From assembly GCF_037042905.1 (NCBI RefSeq), contig NC_087245.1, positions 32,924,001 through 32,984,000 on the forward strand: a stretch of DNA of 60,000 bases, written 5' to 3'. Positions within the stretch are counted from its first letter, which is position 1, and the number at the start of each line of letters is the position of its first letter. Below are positions 56,526-60,000 of the stretch, in pieces. The stretch comes from Lytechinus pictus. Lineage: Eukaryota. Position numbers and translations under genes: made by a program. The notes below the pieces were generated by a model. The model was not told where the DNA came from, made no database searches, and saw only the letters and a program-made list of their open reading frames with translations.

Positions 56526-56594
56526 CTGAACACCTTTTAGTGATGCAATACCCATGAAGAGAAACACTCCGTACAAGACAGGCATTGGTACAAA
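56526..56594 (-). CDS. SLC4A10: SLC4 exon (FVPMPVLYGVFLFMGIASLKGVQ)
   Basis: CAG acceptor, GTAAGA donor, 69 nt; hallmark PMPVLYGVFL.MG motif. Confidence 0.97.
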
Positions 56595-56853
56595 CTGAAC
56601 AAAAAAGAGAGAATATAATGGTGTTAAATGATAGCAATTACATCTGATGAGTAAAATAATTATACTAGTTTAATGATACTTTTTGAAGATGATTATGAAT
56701 TCTACTTCATCATTTGGTTTTCTTTAAATATGAATCAATCATGATTCTTTTCCAAAAGAACATATTGAAGAGGATTATGAATTCAATATCATTATTTGGT
56801 TTTTCTTCAAATGTAAAATTTATTATTATATTTCCAAAAGAACGACACGATAC

Positions 56854-57384
56854 TAAATTGAAGACAAAAATAAAGAATAGAACATAACATTTTAATAAAC
56901 GGAACATGTTTCGAGGTGTCGCACCTCATTATCAGCCTGAAAATTATAAACAGAGTCATTGGTATTTATACAGTTAGGATGTCAAGTAAAATTTCAAGAA
57001 TGTAGTTACATAAGATTACAAGGAATGAATTCAATTGTTAAATGGAGTGAAGTAAATAAAAGAAGGGCTTTTCATCATATGGATACAACCTCAACTAAAC
57101 CAACAGGTGTACAATTACCAAATAATGTTATCCATTTAATTAACCCACCCCTATCTGATAAATCCATAGACACTGTAAATTTTTACTTCACTCCATTTAA
57201 CAATTGAATTCATTCCTTGTAATCTTATGTAACTACATTCTTGAAATTTTACTTGACATCCTAACTGTATAAATACCAATGACTCTGTTTATAATTTTCT
57301 CACTGATAATGAGGTGCGACACCTCGAAACGTGTTCCGTTTATTAAAATGTTATGTCCTATTCTTTATTTTTGTCTTCAATTTA
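56854..57384 (+). mobile_element. 5'-truncated Penelope-like retroelement end with inverted copy of its 3' terminal repeat
   Basis: 203-bp inverted arms (56854-57056 and 57182-57384); spacer encodes IKEGLFIIWIQPQLNQQVYNYQIMLSI* (57056-57139), resembling a GIY-YIG C-terminus; CTGA..stem..GAAAC motif in the arms. Confidence 0.8.
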
Positions 57385-57403
57385 TCATTATATGATTACT
57401 TAC

Positions 57404-57476
57404 AGATAAGATCTTGGTCATGAGAGTAGCCAATCCAATCATAATGAAGACCATCACACCTGTTAATCTCTGTTCC
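57404..57476 (-). CDS. SLC4A10: SLC4 exon ((R)EQRLTGVMVFIMIGLATLMTKILS)
   Basis: TAG acceptor, GTAAGT donor, 73 nt; conserved REQR.TG motif. Confidence 0.96.
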
Positions 57477-57570
57477 CTATAAAACAAATAATGCATGGGA
57501 AACATATTGGATTAAAATGAAACACTTGCGGTTGTGGGGGTATAAGGGCCCCTCAACATTTTTCATGGTA

Positions 57571-57986
57571 AATCATCATCATCATCATCATAATCATCAC
57601 CATCATAATCATCACCATCATCATCATTATCATCATAATCATAATCACAATCAGCACCATCTACGTTAATATCACTGTCATGATCTTTACCACCAACATC
57701 ATTGTCATCATCGTCATCAATATCATCACCATCATAATCATCACCATCATCATCGTCGTCATCATAAATATCATCATCAACATCATCATCATCATAAATA
57801 TCATCACCATCAAAATCACCATTACAATCATCCCTACCACTATCATTCTCATGATGATCATCACTACCACCACTACCACCATCATCACCATCATCACAAT
57901 TACCATCACCATCACCATCATTATCACCATCATGATCACCATCATGATCATAATCATCACCACCACCATCATCATCATCAACATAA
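57571..57986. repeat. Degenerate (CAT)n microsatellite, intronic
   Basis: Directly visible. Confidence 0.95.
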
Positions 57987-58048
57987 TCTCCCCATGATTA
58001 CTTTTTTTTCCAGAGAATCCTCCAAGAATATTGTCTTTAACAACTAAC

Positions 58049-58227
58049 CTGCAACCGACAATCTTTGGTCTCTCTCCCGGCGCCTTGCAATCAGACTCCA
58101 CCCTCAAGCTGTTGACATGGTTGATAGACAACACAGTGGCAGCAACAAACCATGGCAACCCCATGATAGAACAGATACCCAACATAACGGCAACTATCAA
58201 CAGATCAAGATGGTAGCCTAGCCCTTT
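58049..58227 (-). CDS. SLC4A10: SLC4 exon (KGLGYHLDL...GLPWFVAATVLSINHVNSL...APGERPKIVGC)
   Basis: CAG acceptor, GTTAGT donor, 179 nt; KG.GYHLDL and GLPWFVAATVLS motifs of Na+-coupled SLC4s. Confidence 0.98.
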
Positions 58228-58277
58228 CTGCAATGGAATGATCAAAGAATGGAGACAACTCTTAGGGGCATGTTGCA

Positions 58278-58617
58278 CAGGCATGACATTCCCCTCTGAA
58301 AAAAAAAATCTGAAAAATAGCCAAGGGTCGCTAAGTCATCGACGAAATCCGAGGCGCCCCGGTCGGGGTTACAAGCTCTTGCATAGTAAAGAAATCGAAG
58401 TCGAAGTGATTTTTCAAGGTGAGTCTGCATGATAGTTTTATCATTTGACTTTAAAAAGCAATAAAAAAAGTATGAGAATGTTCTTGGGCAAAGGATTTCA
58501 CGTACAAAAAATTGAAATAAAATAAAAAAATACAAATAATAAAAAAAAAAAAAAATCTGAAAAAAATTATTGAAAAAAATAGGAATTCCGACTTTAGTCG
58601 GGAGAATATCATGTCTG
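58278..58617. mobile_element. Non-autonomous DNA transposon with CAG termini and 6-bp TSD
   Basis: TIRs caggcatgacattc / gaatatcatgtctg; gttgca duplicated at 58272-58277 and 58618-58623. Confidence 0.7.
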
Positions 58618-59699
58618 GTTGCAAGAAAATATTTGCAATCAATTGCAAATTTCTGTTGAATTTTACAATCGATTGATTGAAAGAAGCAGAGGAGCAAATC
58701 AAGTGCAAATTGGCAACTAATTGCAAGATATATATGATTGATTTTGGGACCCAAAATAGACTTGCAATTGTTTGCAATTAGACAATACAGAAGAGGTGAC
58801 ATATGCTGAAAAAAAAATGTTTGGATGTGTACTGAGTTTCCTTTGTTCTTTGATATCTATCTGTAATATCAATGTAACGGCAATCTTTAGCCTCAGTAGA
58901 TCCCCCAAATGCATCTTTCACTATTTAATTTATGTTATCATCTGTAACTATTCAATTTATATGAATGTGCATGCCCCAAGAAATGTAATGATGTAGAACA
59001 TATCAAGTGAAAATGTGTTTTACAGTATAATTTGCACAATTTTGAACAAAAATCTATTTAGATCGGGTGCCCAATCAAAACAAAATATCTGTGGTGTTTT
59101 TTTTTCGCCTAGTCCTAACCATAGAATAGGCTGAAAATTTTAGGATTAAATCTTTGTCTGAATTCAGGTAGTTTGAATAGTTCAGGAAGTGTTTCATGAT
59201 AAATTCCTTCGATATTAGGTTTATTGAAATGGAGTGCCAGGAAAAATTTATCTACATCATGAAATTGGAAACCGAAGCTTTGATTAAATTGTTTTGTTCT
59301 TTTATCCAATACATAATTGCTATTAGGGGTGATTTCTGAAGATACAAACATCAGCAAGAGTACTAAAGATATCAACCTGCAAACATTCTGTAGTAATATA
59401 TTTGTAATATTTTGACACATTGTGTTTACATGTAATGCCATTCTTCTCATTCTTCCTCTCTTTCCCGCTCTCTCCATTCTCAAACATCTTTCCTCTTTTT
59501 TCCCTTTCCTCCCTCACTTTCTTTATCTTTTCGTTATCTTTTCTTGGACATCAGTCTTTATATTATCATCGTCAAAATATCTATCCGAATGATTCCTATG
59601 TTGATTGTGTATATTTGTATATGAGTTTATATATGTATATTAAGGAAATATATAAATGTGTATGTATATGTGGATGTATGTATAATTATGAGTAAGTAT

Positions 59700-59938
59700 G
59701 CATGTGTGTATGTGTATATATGTCACCTGCATGCTTATCACTCCCTTCTATTATTTATGTCATGAGGCATTTACTATTTATAAGTTGTTTCTCTTTTTGA
59801 CGAAACACTATTTTGATTTTGTTTATCTGCCTATATTCCTTGAATTGTATATATTTGTTTTGTATTATTTTGTACTTCTTGTTTTGAACAAAATATTGGC
59901 GAATGCCAGTGACGTTCTAATAAATTCAATTCAATTCA
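59700..59938 (+). mobile_element. Possible LINE 3' UTR/tail remnant
   Basis: T-rich stretch ending aataaattcaattcaattca; 5' extent unclear. Confidence 0.35.
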
Positions 59939-60000
59939 TGATGCATATTGTAGTGATTTGCACAGAACTATCTGTTCTGAGCCAATCAGATGCATGGATT

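Noticed and set aside
57661..58048. Met/Val-rich extension of the 207-aa ORF
   Set aside because: Read-through into an intronic microsatellite past the GT donor at 58048.
59115..59483. 122-aa minus-strand ORF as a possible upstream SLC4 exon
   Set aside because: Lacks the expected FMDQQITAVIVN motif; more likely antisense to a decayed retroelement.

Overview
AT-rich, repeat-dense animal DNA, most likely an echinoid (sea urchin); this is inferred from the repeat families and the protein. One protein-coding gene is supported: the 3' part of a Na+-coupled bicarbonate transporter (SLC4A7/8/10 clade) on the minus strand. It has seven firm coding exons and one probable extra exon between 58227 and 47494, all joining in frame at GT-AG junctions and ending in ...PPPTYNGTDNETSV*. 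The 5' exons lie beyond the right edge. About 39-47.5 kb may be a long 3' UTR. About 1-38.5 kb shows no convincing coding exon. It contains TTAA-flanked Kolobok/T2-type MITEs, CWG-flanked Harbinger-type MITEs, hAT and Tc1-type MITEs, tRNA-derived SINEs, LINE remnants and microsatellites. Almost all ORFs in the supplied track are low-complexity artefacts. Three observations stand out. (1) A young Penelope-like retroelement end in an SLC4 intron forms a ~203-bp near-perfect hairpin with a hammerhead-ribozyme-like motif in each arm. (2) A probable SLC4 exon has its 3' end and splice donor embedded in the last unit of a degenerate ~110-bp tandem array. (3) SINE copies share a core but have swapped tRNA heads and tails. 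I found no convincing wholly new biological system. Coordinates were read by eye; repeat boundaries are approximate.
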